Below are positions 1 to 9,368 of a stretch of DNA of 61,102 nucleotides, piece by piece. Position numbers and translations under genes: made by a program. Each line of letters opens with the position of its first letter. The first letter of the stretch is position 1. The notes beneath the pieces were generated by a model. The model worked only from the letters and a program-made list of their open reading frames with translations. It made no database searches and was not told the origin of the DNA. The stretch is from NCBI GenBank assembly GCA_964582295.1, contig CAZOQP010000002.1, positions 148,268-209,369 of the forward strand. The letters run 5' to 3'. The DNA is from an uncultured Candidatus Saccharibacteria bacterium (GTDB lineage Bacteria; Patescibacteriota; Minisyncoccia; Phycocordibacterales; Zambryskibacteraceae).

Positions 1-87
1 GTTCGCACCTCTGAAAGCGAAATATCCGCCCACTATTAATAGGGCTGCCAATATTACGCCCCAGGTTATTTTTGTTTGCTTTTGCAT
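1..87 (-). CDS. 5' end of a membrane-anchored protein running off the window edge
   Basis: ATG at 87 read by hand: MQKQTKITWGVILAALLIVGGYFAFRGAN..., a basic N-terminus plus TM helix, open to base 1. Confidence 0.7.
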   Translation of the reverse strand, partial: MQKQTKITWGVILAALLIVGGYFAFRGAN

Positions 88-158
88 ATCAACTAGGACG
101 GAAGGGCAGAGCACCCCTTACACCTTTCTTTAAGGGAATACCCGTGCCTTACCAGCTT

Positions 159-995
159 CTAGAAGACCACCGAAGTGTCGCTCTGTACTTCAAACTCTGC
201 ACTCGCCTCGCTCTCCGTCACAAGCTTATTTTTGAGTATGTTGTGCACGCGTGCCGATATCTCCGCTTGTTCACGTACCGAGAACACTCCCGTGGTGTTG
301 GCGGTCAGTATTTCATCTATATCGTTCCAGATAAGCTCTTCAAGTTCGGATGAAGTTGTGGTTTTTCCAGAGATCATGAAGCCGTACCATGGGAAATCCA
401 CGTCCACCTCCCCTTCAGCATCCACTGTAATGCCTACTGTGTAACTAACAGGTATGAGGGCTGCCAATCTTCCGCGTTCTTTGTATTTGGCTTCAACACT
501 TTCAGCAGTGAACCCCATTTCATCAAGCTTCTGGTCTTCCCGGATCATTCCGGTTACAAATGCCTTAAGATCAATTTCAGAAGAAACTTCGCTTGCCGCC
601 GCAGGCGTGCTTATTTCAACACCCGTGTTAGGTATCCCGACGATACCGCGTGAATCCGCTTCAGCACCCGCCTCGGCTTCAGCTTCCACTTGGGAGCGTG
701 TGACGATTAGATCCATTGCCCCGACAGCAGGAATGGAAACTGCGCTTCCTTGCCCGTTGCCAACACCCGAAATATTGCTTTCAGTGTCGCTTTCAGCCGA
801 CACCTCAGCCGAGGTGTCGGCATTCATATCTGTATCCAGATCGAGGTCCGTCGTCACATTCGTATCCACGTTAAGGTCCGCATCCAGATAATTCTGGGCC
901 AGGCCCACGTATTGAGTAAGAGAAGCCGCCGATGCGCCTATGCTAAAAGAAAGCGCAGCCGCAGGCAGCAATGATAGGAGAAGTATTTTTTTCAT
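159..995 (-). CDS. Secreted acidic low-complexity hypothetical protein
   Basis: 278 aa ORF with signal peptide (MKKILLLSLLPAAALS) and D/E/A/S/T-rich N-half. Confidence 0.8.
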   Translation of the reverse strand: MKKILLLSLLPAAALSFSIGASAASLTQYVGLAQNYLDADLNVDTNVTTDLDLDTDMNADTSAEVSAESDTESNISGVGNGQGSAVSIPAVGAMDLIVTRSQVEAEAEAGAEADSRGIVGIPNTGVEISTPAAASEVSSEIDLKAFVTGMIREDQKLDEMGFTAESVEAKYKERGRLAALIPVSYTVGITVDAEGEVDVDFPWYGFMISGKTTTSSELEELIWNDIDEILTANTTGVFSVREQAEISARVHNILKNKLVTESEASAEFEVQSDTSVVF

Positions 996-1098
996 AAGAG
1001 TTTAGTGGCTAAAAAAGTAATAGAACCCTAAGAGGGATCTATACCCCTAGACGGCCTGCCACGAAACATCTTTCAGTTGAGCAAAAAACGAACTGGTA

Positions 1099-1263
1099 TT
1101 AGGCGCACCTCAAGCATGAATTCTGCCTTGTCCTTGTTTTTATATATTTTTTTCCGCAGGCGCATGTCAAAATCTCCGTTTTTTGCGGGTTCTCTATCCA
1201 CTTTCCGTTCTTCTGGAAAGTTTTGGGGATTATAGGAACGGATGAGCGGTGTTTTATATTCAT
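1099..1263 (-). CDS. Small putative Zn-binding protein (54 aa)
   Basis: ATG 1 nt after the helicase stop; MNIKHRSS...TCACGKKY...SCLRCA with CxC and CxxC. Confidence 0.6.
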   Translation of the reverse strand: MNIKHRSSVPIIPKTFQKNGKWIENPQKTEILTCACGKKYIKTRTRQNSCLRCA

Positions 1264-1264
1264 T

Positions 1265-2455
1265 TTATTCAACAAATGTAAGCGCCTTACCTTTCTTTCC
1301 GCCGCGTCCTGTTCTGCCAATACGGTGAACGTAGTCGTCATGAGTAGCCGGAAGGTCAAAGTTGATGACGTGCGAAACGCCATCTATATCAAGTCCGCGG
1401 GCGGCCACGTCTGTCGCAACGAGTATCTGCACATGGTTCTGTTTAAAGAGGGTCAGAGCTTTCTGGCGTCTGATTTGGTTTTTATTGCCATGAATTGATT
1501 CAGCTTTGAATCCTTTTCCTGCAAGAGTGTGGGCCAGGCGCTCCACCCCGTGTTTAGTGCGTCCGAATATGAGAACTTTATCAAAGCCCACTTCGCGCAA
1601 AAGACCAAAAAGCACTTCAAGCTTGTCCTTTCCGCGCACATTTACGACATCCTGCTCAATATTTTCAGCAGTTTCGGCAGTTTTCACGGAAACGCTCACC
1701 GGGTCACGCAGGAATTCTTTAATAAGGCCCTCTACTTCGCGGGAAACGGTAGCAGAAAAGAAAAGTGTCTGGCGGTTTTTCGGTGTCAGAGCAAGCATGA
1801 AGCGCATGGTGGCGAGGAATCCCATATCAAGCATACGATCCGATTCGTCCAAAACAACAGTGTTGAAAATTCCAAGATTTAGCACTTTGCGATCCACCAA
1901 GTCTTTCAGGCGGCCGGGAGTGCCGATGACCATATTGTTGAAATAGCGAAGCTCTCTCATCTGGCGTCCAATATTCGCACCACCTATGCATGTTACGGAA
2001 TGAAACTGCATTCCCTTTGCAAATGCTTTGAATTCTTCTTCTATCTGAATAGCAAGCTCGCGGGTGGGCACCATTACGAGCACCGCTTCTTTTCGGTTCA
2101 AAATCATCTTGTTTATGAGAGGTATCAAAAAGGCCGCCGTCTTTCCGGTGCCGGTGTTGGCAATACCCACCACATCTTTGCCATTCAAAATATGAGGAAT
2201 AACCCCGTCCTGAATAGGTGTCGGAGTTATATATCCCTTGGCCGTAATATTCGCCTTCACTTTTTCGTCAACGGCAAAATCCTTGAAGAAATGCTTCGGT
2301 ACGAAAACAGGCGCTTCCGCCAGAGCTACAGCTTTATTTATAAAGCGTCTCGGGTCTATACGTTCGCCTCTATGGGGAGATGCTCTGCGGGAAGGCCCTC
2401 GTCTGAAAGACGGTCGGGCGCCGCTCGGGCGTCTGGAAAAACTTTGTGTATGCAC
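1265..2455 (-). CDS. DEAD-box RNA helicase (RhlE/CshA-like)
   Basis: Q motif (TPIQ), Walker A TGTGKT, PTRELA, TPGRL, DESD, SAT, ATDVAARGLD, HRIGRTGR. Confidence 0.95.
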   Translation of the reverse strand: MHTQSFSRRPSGARPSFRRGPSRRASPHRGERIDPRRFINKAVALAEAPVFVPKHFFKDFAVDEKVKANITAKGYITPTPIQDGVIPHILNGKDVVGIANTGTGKTAAFLIPLINKMILNRKEAVLVMVPTRELAIQIEEEFKAFAKGMQFHSVTCIGGANIGRQMRELRYFNNMVIGTPGRLKDLVDRKVLNLGIFNTVVLDESDRMLDMGFLATMRFMLALTPKNRQTLFFSATVSREVEGLIKEFLRDPVSVSVKTAETAENIEQDVVNVRGKDKLEVLFGLLREVGFDKVLIFGRTKHGVERLAHTLAGKGFKAESIHGNKNQIRRQKALTLFKQNHVQILVATDVAARGLDIDGVSHVINFDLPATHDDYVHRIGRTGRGGKKGKALTFVE

Positions 2456-2506
2456 TTTGGGTTTAGAGTAATCCTTCCCAAAGCGTCTGGTGAGGGAAAC
2501 CCCTCA
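2453..2506 (-). promoter_or_regulatory. Structured 5' leader of the helicase
   Basis: Minus strand CGCTTTGGG-N15-CCCAAAGTG pairs over the GTG start; upstream hairpin TGAGGG/CCCTCA. Confidence 0.45.
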
Positions 2507-2540
2507 GAGCAAGAAAACGAGTGAGATGTATTACCTTTCT

Positions 2541-2569
2541 AGTATATACCAAAGCTATATTCTTGTCAA
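2541..2569 (-). promoter_or_regulatory. Sigma70 promoter of the helicase
   Basis: TTGACA-N17-TATACT on the minus strand. Confidence 0.75.
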
Positions 2570-2632
2570 GTCCCCTTTTCTGTGGGGTTAAGGGGGTCTG
2601 CGGACTCTATGTAAAAGCATTTTACAGCAAAA

Positions 2633-2678
2633 CCTCCCCAGTGAGATAGTTCGCGGAAGCGCTATCTCACTGGGGAGG
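2633..2678. terminator. 17-bp hairpin downstream of the KGG gene (GTGAGATA family)
   Basis: CCTCCCCAGTGAGATAG-N12-CTATCTCACTGGGGAGG. Confidence 0.7.
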
Positions 2679-2721
2679 AAAAAGCAGAGAAGTTGCTTTT
2701 TTGTTTTAGGAGGAAGAAGGA

Positions 2722-2988
2722 TTACGACCTTCTACTTCCTGATGCCTGGCCGCCTTTTCTGCCGGCCTCACGAGCTTCTTCGGAGGTAAATTCGTGAGCG
2801 GTACCGCGTCTATGCGCTTCCACTCCGCCCTTGCGTGCTATTTCACGCTGGCGCTCGTCGTCCATCGAGGCAAACCCTCTTGTACTTGTGTTACTTGAGC
2901 TTCGGTTGGTATTGCTAGAGTCGTCGTTGTCCATGTCCACATCATTGATGTTATTTGTGTTGTTTGTGTTGTCTTCGTATCGTGGCAT
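2722..2988 (-). CDS. KGG-repeat general stress protein
   Basis: RGFASMD..RQREIARKGG and HEFTSEEAREAGRKGG motifs. Confidence 0.9.
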   Translation of the reverse strand: MPRYEDNTNNTNNINDVDMDNDDSSNTNRSSSNTSTRGFASMDDERQREIARKGGVEAHRRGTAHEFTSEEAREAGRKGGQASGSRRS

Positions 2989-3152
2989 ATTTTTTCAGGT
3001 TTTATTATTGTCCTAATAATAGGGAAACTTTCTCTATCATTTGGCTAATAATCCTCGACCTCGGTACTCCAAGATGACGGCACGCTAAATACTTCATTAC
3101 ACTAAAGACGAGCTTGACACGGGTGTGTTAATTTAAGAAAAAAAATTTCGTA

Positions 3153-3638
3153 CTATGCTCTTTTCCACTCTGTTTTTATTCCTTTGCGCTGATTATCAGC
3201 CATTTGAAGCTCATCATAAATACCGTCTATGAGCTCGTAATTTTTAGATTCCTCGAGCGTTACCCATTCAAATTTATCTGTCTCATTTTCCTGCAATCTA
3301 ACTTCCCCGTTGGCATAGTCGGCCATACATGAAATAACAAGAGAGGGTGCGCCGTCTGCATGCACTGTGGCTAAGCTCGTAACGTATTCAATATTTTTTA
3401 TCTGGAGTCCCACCTCTTCCGCCACCTCCCTTTTAAGCACTTGCTCCAGAACGTTGTACCAATAATCTTTTGTATCTTTAGGAAGATTTATATAATCGTT
3501 GGTTTCCAGTTTCCCTCCCGGGACTGTCCACATTCCAGGGAAACGTTTCTTTGTGAGCGCACGTCGGGTTATAAGATACTTGCCATCTTTGACAATGATA
3601 GCAGTAGTAACAACCTCATGCAGATATTGGTTTTCCAT
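3153..3638 (-). CDS. NUDIX hydrolase
   Basis: PGGKLE...LKREVAEEVGL Nudix box (with insertion). Confidence 0.9.
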   Translation of the reverse strand: MENQYLHEVVTTAIIVKDGKYLITRRALTKKRFPGMWTVPGGKLETNDYINLPKDTKDYWYNVLEQVLKREVAEEVGLQIKNIEYVTSLATVHADGAPSLVISCMADYANGEVRLQENETDKFEWVTLEESKNYELIDGIYDELQMADNQRKGIKTEWKRA

Positions 3639-3656
3639 ATCCCGATTGTATCAAAA

Positions 3657-4091
3657 TTAATTTTCAGTCTGCTTTCCCCTGTTTCTTAGACCCAATATGA
3701 CAAAAACAAGTGCGTAAACTATATGCTCATCAACTATAGGATTATTTTCCGGCGGAAGAAGAGCGAGCCACATAAGAATCATCATCACTGTGCCAGACAT
3801 AGCTCCCCAGAAAACAAATCTGTTCAGCAATAAAGTAAGCCCTATAAAAAGGAGCCCGAGCATAAACATCCAATCCACTACAGCCACTCCTGCCAAACTA
3901 TGAAAGAAATCTGCGAAGGGGCCCTTGACGGCATTGGTAAGGAAACCAAATGTGGGTGAGCCCCCATTTATCCATGCATTTGCTTTTTCCGTTGCAAAAC
4001 CCAGTCCGAAAGCTTTATCCACGAACGCCCAAAGAAAGATAAACGACATCACGAAACGCAGTTTCAAAAATGCGATATTTTGTATATTCAT
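3657..4091 (-). CDS. DoxX/DoxD-family membrane protein
   Basis: LRFVMSFIFLWAFVDK, W-x-NGGSPT-x-GFL, 4 TM segments, NPIVDEH; ATG at 4091 preferred over TTG 4097. Confidence 0.8.
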   Translation of the reverse strand: MNIQNIAFLKLRFVMSFIFLWAFVDKAFGLGFATEKANAWINGGSPTFGFLTNAVKGPFADFFHSLAGVAVVDWMFMLGLLFIGLTLLLNRFVFWGAMSGTVMMILMWLALLPPENNPIVDEHIVYALVFVILGLRNRGKQTEN

Positions 4092-4268
4092 ATGCAATTA
4101 TTGTACCACCACAAAAATAATGGCTGGGGTTTACATATCCCCCAATGGTGTTAAACTCCTTAGGTAAGCCTTATGGCTTGCTCGTGTGAATTATAAGTAT
4201 CTCGTTATAAGACTGGAGTAATCCAGTCATTGTCTTTCTAAGACTGGCGAGACTAACTATTGATTACA

Positions 4269-4421
4269 ATGGACGACGCACAAAATGTTCAGAATCCTCA
4301 ACAGGATCCGAACAATACTCCGCAGGCAACTCCTATAGAGGAGAACATCATGCCAAAGCCGGAAGCCACTACTCAAGTAGAAGAGGCCGCTCCGGAAGGG
4401 GCTCCACAGGCTCAGGCCTAA
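4269..4421 (+). CDS. Small acidic Pro/Gln-rich protein (50 aa), not in the ORF track
   Basis: MDDAQNVQNPQQDPNNTPQATPIEENIMPKPEATTQVEEAAPEGAPQAQA*, followed directly by a terminator. Confidence 0.65.
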   Translation: MDDAQNVQNPQQDPNNTPQATPIEENIMPKPEATTQVEEAAPEGAPQAQA

Positions 4422-4423
4422 GC

Positions 4424-4468
4424 AAAACAAAAAAGTGTCGACCTATCAGGTCGACACTTTTTTGTTTT
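4424..4468. terminator. Bidirectional intrinsic terminator
   Basis: AAAACAAAAAAGTGTCGACC-TATCA-GGTCGACACTTTTTTGTTTT between convergent genes. Confidence 0.85.
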
Positions 4469-4469
4469 C

Positions 4470-4503
4470 AGTAAATTTGTACGATATATCGTACAAATTT
4501 ACT
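4470..4503. repeat. Loopless palindrome, family A copy 1
   Basis: AGTAAATTTGTACGATATATCGTACAAATTTACT, perfect 34 bp. Confidence 0.9.
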
Positions 4504-4508
4504 ATTCT

Positions 4509-5684
4509 TCACACTTGACGCTCTATATCTTTCGGGCGTGTAGGCAGTGATCTGATAATAGTCTCGTAAAGATGCATAAGTTTTCTGGCAATGATATTAC
4601 TTGAAAACTGCCTGGAAGTTTCCATTGCCTTTAAGGAAATCTTTTCCCGTAATTTTTTGTCATTCAGTAGCTGTCCCGCTATTTCAATTGCTTCTTTTTG
4701 GGAGTTCACGAGAAATCCGTTTTCACCGTTTCTAATAATTTCTGGAGCAACACCGATAGGATATACGATAGGCACCAGTCCTTGTGACATCCCCTCAATA
4801 AGACTAAGTGAAAATCCTTCGTAACGGGACGGAATGAACAGAATGCCGCCCCGGAGCGGGCGAAGCATTTCAGGTAGGTTATCTTTTTTTGTATTTGCGA
4901 ATACCGTGTGATTCGGAATTTCTGACCGAAGCCATGCCACTAATTTTTTGTTCGTAGTTATGCAAAAGGTTGATTTCTTGATATTTGGAAATTGTTGAAA
5001 AAAGTGAATAAGGCGATCAAGTCCTTTCAATTTTAATGTAAACGCATCGCTCCCGAGTCGGCCTAGAAATACCAGAGATGGTTCAGGCGCAAATTCCTGA
5101 TGAGAGGGATCAAGCCAGTAATCTTCAATAGCGTTATGGATCAGATGGATTTTTTTCTCATCTACACCAATGGACAATAATTCCTGGCGTACATGCTCTG
5201 AAGTAGCTACAACTGCTGTGGCTCTGGAAGCCACATATTCTTCAATGTCTGCGATGTCTCTCAGTGGTCGTCGTGTCTTGATGTTCAATTCGCTTATGAT
5301 CCCCTTACTCTTAAGCCTATACCAGATCTTCCGGCTCCCATTCTCAATATCCTTTGCTTGGGGAGTGGATGTAAGAAAACCGCGCGTAACCGAGCCAAAG
5401 TGGCTGACTACAGGCACCGGATAAGCCAGAAAGGGTAGAGGTGTATATGTCGTGCCTTGGATGATATTAAATTTTAGGATCTCCTTTCTGTGTTCGAGAA
5501 GGGAGTAGAAGAAAAGGATACTTTTTAGACCACCCAGATGTAACGGTGTATCAACGAGAGAGGTTCGCGGATAGAAGTTTTTTATATCAACTCCGGCATC
5601 TTTTAATTTCAAGGCCATGAGGTCATTTATGTAATGTGCCCCTGTACCAAGCTTCTTTTCATTATGTATGAATGCGATTTTCAT
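4509..5684 (-). CDS. Glycosyltransferase family 4 (GT-B)
   Basis: PSRYEGFSLSLIEGMSQG and NGENGFLV motifs. Confidence 0.9.
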   Translation of the reverse strand: MKIAFIHNEKKLGTGAHYINDLMALKLKDAGVDIKNFYPRTSLVDTPLHLGGLKSILFFYSLLEHRKEILKFNIIQGTTYTPLPFLAYPVPVVSHFGSVTRGFLTSTPQAKDIENGSRKIWYRLKSKGIISELNIKTRRPLRDIADIEEYVASRATAVVATSEHVRQELLSIGVDEKKIHLIHNAIEDYWLDPSHQEFAPEPSLVFLGRLGSDAFTLKLKGLDRLIHFFQQFPNIKKSTFCITTNKKLVAWLRSEIPNHTVFANTKKDNLPEMLRPLRGGILFIPSRYEGFSLSLIEGMSQGLVPIVYPIGVAPEIIRNGENGFLVNSQKEAIEIAGQLLNDKKLREKISLKAMETSRQFSSNIIARKLMHLYETIIRSLPTRPKDIERQV

Positions 5685-5763
5685 GAACGTAAAAGAATTT
5701 CTTTTTGAATGTTTAGAGCAACTCCAAAGAATGCCGTGAGCGCTCCATGGGTCTGACTATAAG

Positions 5764-5967
5764 TTATTTCGGACATACGAATTCACACTTTGGTCCGGTG
5801 CGGCCGACATAAGAACCGTCAGGGCACTGCATTGCATCCATAGTGCAGGCAACCAGCCCGTCGTATCCCCCACCCTTGTTCCTTTCATAACCATGATCCA
5901 AACCGAGGTAGTACCCCACTCCAATACCAAGAGCAAGGATAATCGCCATAATAATCTTTATATTCAT
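5764..5967 (-). CDS. Small membrane-anchored Cys-rich protein
   Basis: TM helix + ACTMDAMQCPDGSYVGRTGPKCEFVCP module; leaderless-type promoter upstream. Confidence 0.8.
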   Translation of the reverse strand: MNIKIIMAIILALGIGVGYYLGLDHGYERNKGGGYDGLVACTMDAMQCPDGSYVGRTGPKCEFVCPK

Positions 5968-6014
5968 AAAACCATTCTAACACTTGATAGCATAATTTAT
6001 TTGATTACTAGCCC

Positions 6015-6052
6015 TCCCTCAATTTGTACGATATATCGTACAAATTGAGGGA
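6015..6052. repeat. Loopless palindrome, family A copy 2
   Basis: TCCCTCAATTTGTACGATATATCGTACAAATTGAGGGA, perfect 38 bp. Confidence 0.9.
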
Positions 6053-6081
6053 TATTATTTTGGAGTCAATATCCTCTTCTA

Positions 6082-7059
6082 TTATTTCAAATATTTATCC
6101 ACGTTCTCCACATGCTCCTCGTATGTAACTCCGCAATGGATATCCCCCGATCCGTCGTGGAGATAAAAAAGGCATTTCGTTTCTTCCGGATAAAGGACTG
6201 CTTCTATAGCATCAATTCCCGGGTTTGCTATCGGATGAGGCGGCAATCCTGTATGCAAATAGGTGTTATAGGGAGATATCAAATTCTTGTCTGAAGGCAC
6301 AACGGTCGCCCACCAGCCATCTCTCGTATTACCTTTTATGTACTGAAGCGTTGCATCCACCTGAAGCTTCATTCCTATTTCAAGTCTGTTCCAGAGAATT
6401 CCTGCAATGAGCGCCATATCTTTTTTGCCTCCCGATTCTCTTTCAATGAGCGATGCCATTTTCATAACAGTTGGCCAACGAATGTTTTGTTTTAGTGCTT
6501 CTTCTGCATATGGAGCGAATACTTCGTTGAAACGCGTATTGAGGCGCTTAGCGACATCTGCAGTACTCTCATCAATAGGTATGAGGTAAGTGTCTGGAAA
6601 ATACACACCCTCTTTTGTATTAAGTGTAAGCTCCGTATCCTTCGTTAAAAATTGCTTGGCCTGGGCATCGTTCCATCCGAGGGTCTCTTGCATAAGCTCC
6701 GCGATCTGCTCTTTGCGCAACCCCTCGCGCACTTTTACCCATTTCATATATGGCTCCGCTTTGAGCGACCTGGATACCTGAAATGCGTTCCAGTCTTTTT
6801 CCAGTTTATATCCGCCAGGCTCGATGGCCGCCAGGTGTATCAATCCGAAAGCCCAAACATGTTTGATGAATCCCTCTTCCGCAAGTTTTCTCAAAGCATC
6901 GCCGCGCGATGCTTCAATGGGCACCACGAAACGCTCCGCAACCCCCTCCGATTGCGGCGCCCCAAATATGGATGAATATGAAAAGAACAGGATAACTCCC
7001 AACACCAAGAAAATTCCCGCAATGATGACGAGAAGTTTCTTGTTTTTAGATCCGGACAT
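6082..7059 (-). CDS. mltG: Endolytic transglycosylase MltG (YceG-like)
   Basis: N-terminal TM, EGVYFPDTY, ASLIERE, LQVDAT, SPYNTYLHTGLPPHPIANPG. Confidence 0.9.
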   Translation of the reverse strand: MSGSKNKKLLVIIAGIFLVLGVILFFSYSSIFGAPQSEGVAERFVVPIEASRGDALRKLAEEGFIKHVWAFGLIHLAAIEPGGYKLEKDWNAFQVSRSLKAEPYMKWVKVREGLRKEQIAELMQETLGWNDAQAKQFLTKDTELTLNTKEGVYFPDTYLIPIDESTADVAKRLNTRFNEVFAPYAEEALKQNIRWPTVMKMASLIERESGGKKDMALIAGILWNRLEIGMKLQVDATLQYIKGNTRDGWWATVVPSDKNLISPYNTYLHTGLPPHPIANPGIDAIEAVLYPEETKCLFYLHDGSGDIHCGVTYEEHVENVDKYLK

Positions 7060-7090
7060 TAAAAGCATCGTTTTATTTGGTTACTAACTA

Positions 7091-7130
7091 AATCCTCAAT
7101 TTGTACGATATATCGTACAAATTGAGGATT
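7091..7130. repeat. Loopless palindrome, family A copy 3
   Basis: AATCCTCAATTTGTACGATATATCGTACAAATTGAGGATT, perfect 40 bp. Confidence 0.9.
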
Positions 7131-7152
7131 ATTATTTTGATGACTTGAACCT

Positions 7153-7938
7153 CTACTTTAAATATTTATCCAGAAAGGCAATGGTTTTCTCCCACGCATC
7201 CTTTGTTTCTTCTGGTGCATAGTTCATACCGGACGGGTTCGCAAAAGCGTGTCCGACCCCGGGATATATATGTATCTCATTCGGCACTCCGAGCGTATCT
7301 AATGCAGTATCGAATTGGTTCACACTTTCAACGGATATGGATTGGTCGTTCCCTGCGAAAATTCCGAGCACTGGCCATTTGATGGGAGAGAGGGCCTGGG
7401 TGGTGGTTGCGAGACGCCCGTAATAAATGATGGTGGCGTCAAGCGGCTCTCCAGATAGTGCCAGCTGGAGAGATTGTGCACCCCCGAAACACCACCCGAG
7501 TGATGCTACTTTGGTCGCACCCTTGGACTTCAAATACGAGGCAGCGGCCTGCATGTTCTCAATACCTTTGTTTTGGTCGTAATTTGCGGTAAGAGCACGC
7601 GCCTCGTCCTGTGTTTCCACAACACTTCCCAGAAGATCTACTGCAAGAACCATATATCCCTCACGTGCAAGTTGTTCCGCCGTTTTGCGTATCTCTGGGC
7701 GCAAGCCGCGATTTTCATGGATCATAACCACACCTGGGTAGTCGCCATCTGCCTCTGGTCTTACAAAATATCCGTTCGCTCCGGCTATGTACGAAACATT
7801 CTCGGAAATGATAGGCGTATCATTTCCGTTCTCAAGCATTTGCTCGTTGGTCATCTTCCCTGCCCGGCCACTTGCCTGCCACCACAAAAACCCTATCACT
7901 ATAAGGATCGCGATAATTCCTAAGATATTTTTAGTCAT
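7153..7938 (-). CDS. Dienelactone hydrolase family protein
   Basis: HENRGL, GWCFGG nucleophile motif, YPGVGHAFAN. Confidence 0.9.
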   Translation of the reverse strand: MTKNILGIIAILIVIGFLWWQASGRAGKMTNEQMLENGNDTPIISENVSYIAGANGYFVRPEADGDYPGVVMIHENRGLRPEIRKTAEQLAREGYMVLAVDLLGSVVETQDEARALTANYDQNKGIENMQAAASYLKSKGATKVASLGWCFGGAQSLQLALSGEPLDATIIYYGRLATTTQALSPIKWPVLGIFAGNDQSISVESVNQFDTALDTLGVPNEIHIYPGVGHAFANPSGMNYAPEETKDAWEKTIAFLDKYLK

Positions 7939-8068
7939 AAAAAAATTATATCAAATAAAGACGGACATTCAGGCTATTTCTTTTCTAGATAAGAAAAGTG
8001 GTTATTCGCGCAAAGGCTAAGTTCTTTATGAAGTAAATACACCCCTTCTACAGAGGGGGTGTATTTTT

Positions 8069-9319
8069 TTACTGAGTAAAACCAATAAAAGAGCTGACTG
8101 ATAAATTGGTGGGTTTACTTTGCATTGTCACAGTATCTAGGATTTCCGTTATACCACCTTTTAGCCCACTTACAAACAAACTTCGATTATCTGGTGCCCA
8201 GATGGTTTTAATTATTATAGGATTTTGCACCTCACCATCAAACCAATCACGCTGAATGTTATCAACCCGTTTTCCAATAGATCTCGAAGTATTGTTTTTG
8301 AGATCTAGTACAAAAATCTCTACTTCAACTTGAGCAGGGGTGCCGTTATCATCTTTTATGTCTATCCCTCTTGTGATTAAAATTATTGCTTTCTCACCGC
8401 TAGGGGAAATACTCTGTATCTGGACAGGGTTAAAGTAACTGGAATCAATTTTTGTAAAGTTACCCCAGTCAGTTTGGGTTAGATCGGTGACTCTCTCGGT
8501 GTTTACGTCAAAAAGCACAAGCTTGCTACCTGTCCAGGTAATAAACGACCTGCTATCCGGTAGCCACCTAATATTTTTTATATCTAAAGGAACTACAGAA
8601 CTAGTTATATTTTGAGCAAGTAGATTCACCTTAAGAAATACCGTCTTATTTTTTAATAAATCTTGATCATCAGAGCTGAAATACTTGGAAAGTATAAGAG
8701 TTTTCTTATCAGGAGACCATGATAAAACCCTGTATTGATAACAGGGAGCGGTTTTTGTATTTGAACACCCGTTATCAATAAGTAATCGTTCAACCTGATC
8801 CTCAAAAGAAATAATCTTTACCTCTCCCTGATCAGTATAAGCACTCATTTTACTGTCGTCAGACATTAGTATCCCATCAGTAACAAAATGGCTGTAATTA
8901 GGTGTGAAGGAAAAAACTTTCTCTTCACTATTATCTCGGAGATCTTTCTCGAAAACGGTATATGTTGAAGTGAAAGGATTTACTGAATAATCAGTCTTGC
9001 CACGATCCGAGTAATATATCTTCTCAGTTTCGTAGTTTAAACCAAGAAAGGTCTTATCGTGTCCAATATTTCCAAAATCTTCATCAAAGAGCAATTTTGC
9101 TTTCTTGCCATCAAGGTTGCTTATACAAATTGAACTCACGCCTCCTTTATAAATAAGCTTGTTCTCTAAATTGATATCCGATGAGCTATTTGTGTACGGG
9201 AAAGTTCGGGTACAAGACTCAAGATAAGCTATCAATAAAGGCCGCCCACCGTGGAATAGTACGATCACCGCAATAGCTCCTAGGAGCCCTATGAGAACTA
9301 TCTTCTTAAGGAGATTCAT
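8069..9319 (-). CDS. Membrane-anchored beta-propeller-like (TolB/WD40-like) protein
   Basis: N-terminal TM; repeated WSPD/WLPD/WAPD/SPSG blade motifs. Confidence 0.6.
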   Translation of the reverse strand: MNLLKKIVLIGLLGAIAVIVLFHGGRPLLIAYLESCTRTFPYTNSSSDINLENKLIYKGGVSSICISNLDGKKAKLLFDEDFGNIGHDKTFLGLNYETEKIYYSDRGKTDYSVNPFTSTYTVFEKDLRDNSEEKVFSFTPNYSHFVTDGILMSDDSKMSAYTDQGEVKIISFEDQVERLLIDNGCSNTKTAPCYQYRVLSWSPDKKTLILSKYFSSDDQDLLKNKTVFLKVNLLAQNITSSVVPLDIKNIRWLPDSRSFITWTGSKLVLFDVNTERVTDLTQTDWGNFTKIDSSYFNPVQIQSISPSGEKAIILITRGIDIKDDNGTPAQVEVEIFVLDLKNNTSRSIGKRVDNIQRDWFDGEVQNPIIIKTIWAPDNRSLFVSGLKGGITEILDTVTMQSKPTNLSVSSFIGFTQ

Positions 9320-9368
9320 TCACCCCACCCTACTATATCTCCAAGTCTTTGGGAAATTGGGATACATA

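Noticed and set aside
4470-7130. Repeated palindrome as a CRISPR array or integron attC sites
   Set aside because: Spacing is 1.1-1.5 kb of genes rather than 30-40 nt spacers. There is no cas or intI gene, no GTTRRRY/RYYYAAC cores and no extrahelical bases.
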